From positions 3,519 through 67,518 of IMG/VR virus record IMGVR_UViG_3300033067_001375: a DNA stretch of 64,000 nt; one strand, given 5' to 3'. The notes under the pieces were generated by a model that saw only the letters and a program-made list of their open reading frames with translations, was not told the origin of the DNA and made no database searches. A program made the position numbers and the translations under genes. The first letter of the stretch is position 1. Each line of letters starts with the position of its first letter. This stretch comes from a virus (taxonomy: Duplodnaviria; Caudoviricetes). Shown piece by piece: positions 61,464 through 64,000 of this stretch.

Positions 61464-63063
61464 TGCGTTCAATGTTCAGCGCGCAAATGAGCCTGAGTTA
61501 CCCTCACTGCTTGTGAGCCCGCCGGGCTCAGGCAAAAGCCGAATGATGCTTGAGCTTGCGGTTGCTGAGTTAGCACGGCCCAACGGCTTGACGGTACTCA
61601 AGGCCCATAGGCGCATGCTCATTGAGCAATTGCAAGCCAACTTTGAAACGGCCGGCATTGAGTACGGCATGATAGCTGACGGATACCCGTACAACCCCGA
61701 CGCCCGTATTCAGCTTGTGTCAAGTCAAACGCTCTACGCACGGGCGGTACAACGCGGCACGATTGACATGCCAAAGGCAACGCTTGTCATTGATGATGAG
61801 GCTCACCAACAGACCGGCAAAATGCAAAGGGCGATGGTCTATGGATCATTCCAAGATAACACGGTGCAAGAGGGCTTCGCGACGAATGGCGCTTACGTGT
61901 GCGGCTTCACGGCCTCACCACTCATGGGCGCGGCCATCTATCAACGGTTGATCAACGTTGCTAGTTATTCAGAGCTACGCGACTGTGGTATGCACCAACT
62001 TGTCAAAGTGTTCGGCCCCGATGAGATTGACACGGCCGGGCTCAAGATGACTCAAGCCGGTGAATACTCAGAGAAGAAACTAGAGGAGCGCGTACAAGTA
62101 ATTTTTGGCAGCGTGTATGCCGAATGGAAAGCGCTAAACACGGCCGCTTACCCGGCCATCTTGTACGCCCCAAGCGTTAAGTCAAGCCGATGGTTTGCAA
62201 CTGAGTTTTTGAAAAAGGGCGTTCGCGTTGCGCACCTCGACGGTGAGCAAGCGTTGATTCCTGAGGGCAACAAGTTGGTCACCTACGCGGCCGATAAGGA
62301 TATCAGGCGGCAACTATTGGAAATGAGCAAGAGCGGTGAGATTGCTATGATCAGCAACCGTTTCGTGTTGCGTGAGGCAATCGACATGCCTTGGCTTTAT
62401 CACGGCATTTTTGCGACCGTGATGGGTAGCTTGACTACCTACCTACAAAGCGTTGGCCGGCTTCAACGTTTTTGGTCTGCATACGATCACAAAATATTGC
62501 AATGTCACGGGGGCTCATACTGGCGCCACGGCTCACCAAACGAAGATAGAACGTGGCGGCTTGGCGTCACAAACCAGCAAGCGCAGAAAGAGCGCATAGA
62601 AAAGATACTCAAGGGTGAACGGCCTGAGGGCATACGGTGCCCGCGTTGTGGTTTCTGGCAACGAAGCGGCCAAGCGTGCCTCAATGAAAATTGCCGACAT
62701 GATCACAAGGGCGTCAGCGTTCGAATGGTTCGAAGTGTGGCGGGTAAGCTCAAGGCGATGACCGGGGCAGTGTATCGCGCACCAAGCAACGATGATGAGG
62801 TAAATAAATTTTGGCGCAAGATTCTTTTCATGTGCGGCAAGGACAATGCGTCAGTCTCAAGCGCGGTTGCCATATTCATTGCCGGTTGCAATAAGCGCGG
62901 TTGGATCCCTGACACAAGCAAACTCACCAACAAGGTGCCCGCCCAAGATTCGATGATGTGGCATAGAAAGGTTGCAGTTGTTTACCCGTGGACCGTGCGT
63001 GCCAAGGTAGTGGCTAAGTCTGAGACGGCCCAACAACCAGTGAGAGAGCTCGATTTAGATTAA
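61405..63063 (+). CDS. Superfamily 2 helicase (RadD/YejH-like) with C-terminal zinc finger
   Basis: SPPGSGKS, DDEAH, GFTASP, LREAIDMP, QSVGRLQR and CPRCG motifs. Confidence 0.92.
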   Translation: MQSLIPCLPPLKSHQSKGLDAFNVQRANEPELPSLLVSPPGSGKSRMMLELAVAELARPNGLTVLKAHRRMLIEQLQANFETAGIEYGMIADGYPYNPDARIQLVSSQTLYARAVQRGTIDMPKATLVIDDEAHQQTGKMQRAMVYGSFQDNTVQEGFATNGAYVCGFTASPLMGAAIYQRLINVASYSELRDCGMHQLVKVFGPDEIDTAGLKMTQAGEYSEKKLEERVQVIFGSVYAEWKALNTAAYPAILYAPSVKSSRWFATEFLKKGVRVAHLDGEQALIPEGNKLVTYAADKDIRRQLLEMSKSGEIAMISNRFVLREAIDMPWLYHGIFATVMGSLTTYLQSVGRLQRFWSAYDHKILQCHGGSYWRHGSPNEDRTWRLGVTNQQAQKERIEKILKGERPEGIRCPRCGFWQRSGQACLNENCRHDHKGVSVRMVRSVAGKLKAMTGAVYRAPSNDDEVNKFWRKILFMCGKDNASVSSAVAIFIAGCNKRGWIPDTSKLTNKVPAQDSMMWHRKVAVVYPWTVRAKVVAKSETAQQPVRELDLD

Positions 63064-63099
63064 GCGACGAAACTTTCAAACGATTAGGCCTTGAGTGAT
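63064..63099 (+). promoter_or_regulatory. Class A promoter-like motif
   Basis: GCGACGA-N17-GCCTTGAGTGAT directly before ATG 63100. Confidence 0.6.
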
Positions 63100-63924
63100 A
63101 TGAGCAAAAAACGAAACCGCAAGACGTACCGAAAGCGAACGTGCCCAAGGCATAGTGTTGCACTCATCGGATCAAGTACGCGGTTTGGCCGGCGTTTTGA
63201 TTGCCCTATTGGCGGTTGTGACGTGATGTGTTGGGATGGCTCAACCAGTACGCCGGCCGATCAGAAAACGCGTGACGCGCGTCACCAAGCCCATGAGGCC
63301 TTTGATCCTATTTGGAAAGAGGGTTGGCTAAAGCGATCACAAGCGTACAAAGAGCTTGCCCGGTTAATGAAGTTGACGCCGGACAAAACTCATATCGGTA
63401 TGTTCAACTTGCAGCAATGCCTAGAAGTGCATGAGCACGCGGCGACCATTATGAAAGGGTTTGAAGTGAATCCCGAAAGACAAGCAGAAATAGCACAAGC
63501 GATGGGGGCTGAGATAGTCAATCCTGAGGATATGACCGAACGCCAAAAGCACTTGGTTGCGACGGTAAAGACTATCAGCGGGCCACTTGGCGGCGGTTTT
63601 GTAACGGGCATTATTCCGCCTGGCGCAGGCAAGGCACGACGGTTGGTTGAGTTGACTGATCACGACCTAGCAACGCGTTTGGTGTGTGCGATGCGAAAAC
63701 GCATTACTCACAATCAATCGTTGCTTGCGAACTACTACGCTGACGATTCGAAGCGTGACAAGTCTCAGCCGTTTATAAGCGTTGAGGACGCGGCCCGGCT
63801 TCGCGGTGAAACAATGGCGCTCATCGGCGTGCTTGATGAGTGCGGCGTGACTGTGGCGGCCGATGGTGTACTGGGTGATTGCCGGCGGCGAATCGGGCAA
63901 AGGTGCGCGGCCAACTCATCCTGA
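63100..63924 (+). CDS. DUF3268-like zinc-finger protein with C-terminal extension
   Basis: C...GC...PAD..TR.AR..AH.AFD.IW...R..AY..LA..M......HIG.F...QC. Confidence 0.75.
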   Translation: MSKKRNRKTYRKRTCPRHSVALIGSSTRFGRRFDCPIGGCDVMCWDGSTSTPADQKTRDARHQAHEAFDPIWKEGWLKRSQAYKELARLMKLTPDKTHIGMFNLQQCLEVHEHAATIMKGFEVNPERQAEIAQAMGAEIVNPEDMTERQKHLVATVKTISGPLGGGFVTGIIPPGAGKARRLVELTDHDLATRLVCAMRKRITHNQSLLANYYADDSKRDKSQPFISVEDAARLRGETMALIGVLDECGVTVAADGVLGDCRRRIGQRCAANSS

Positions 63925-64000
63925 CAAAAACCAAGGAAACCGTGGCTGCAGGCAACTGCAACCGGTTGCAGAGAAGATCCCTATGAATTTGCCAGTGACA

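Noticed and set aside
1-64000. Integrase, repressor, DNA polymerase or primase
   Set aside because: None recognised in this window, so lifestyle cannot be decided; the genome continues beyond both ends.

Overview
The window is part of a tailed dsDNA phage genome with siphovirus-like head and tail genes. A Planctomycetota host is inferred from the CsrA, the ECF sigma factor and the style of the structural genes; it was not tested. From left to right: two beta-class DNA methyltransferases (one fused to a ParB-like domain) and a WYL protein; terminase; small accessory genes; portal, MuF, prohead protease/scaffold and capsid; tail genes with a -1 frameshift chaperone and tape measure; a putative lysis region built around a papain-like peptidase; a non-coding control region of about 0.9 kb; then an AAA+ ATPase, ECF sigma, CsrA, YqaJ plus Sak/Rad52-like recombination proteins, a ParB-like protein and an SF2 helicase. 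No integrase, polymerase, tRNA or CRISPR array was seen. Five observations stand out. (1) The large terminase carries an intein whose endonuclease-VII-type nuclease is not in frame. It is a complete nested ORF in the -1 frame on the same strand, with its own SD-like site and an in-phase G_GGA_AAA slippery heptamer. (2) The portal is a 1589-aa fusion with a kinase-like domain and an ADP-ribosyltransferase, separated by x-x-E-S motifs that look like prohead-protease sites. (3) A perfect 14-bp palindrome, TGTAAACGTTTACA, occurs 15 times, mostly just upstream of ribosome-binding sites. (4) There are two further promoter-like motif families and a candidate structured ncRNA. (5) A Ycf46-like AAA+ ATPase has its Walker B block placed before Walker A and lies upstream of DUF3150-, DUF1257- and DUF2997-like genes. 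All family assignments are by motif recognition from memory; no searches were run.
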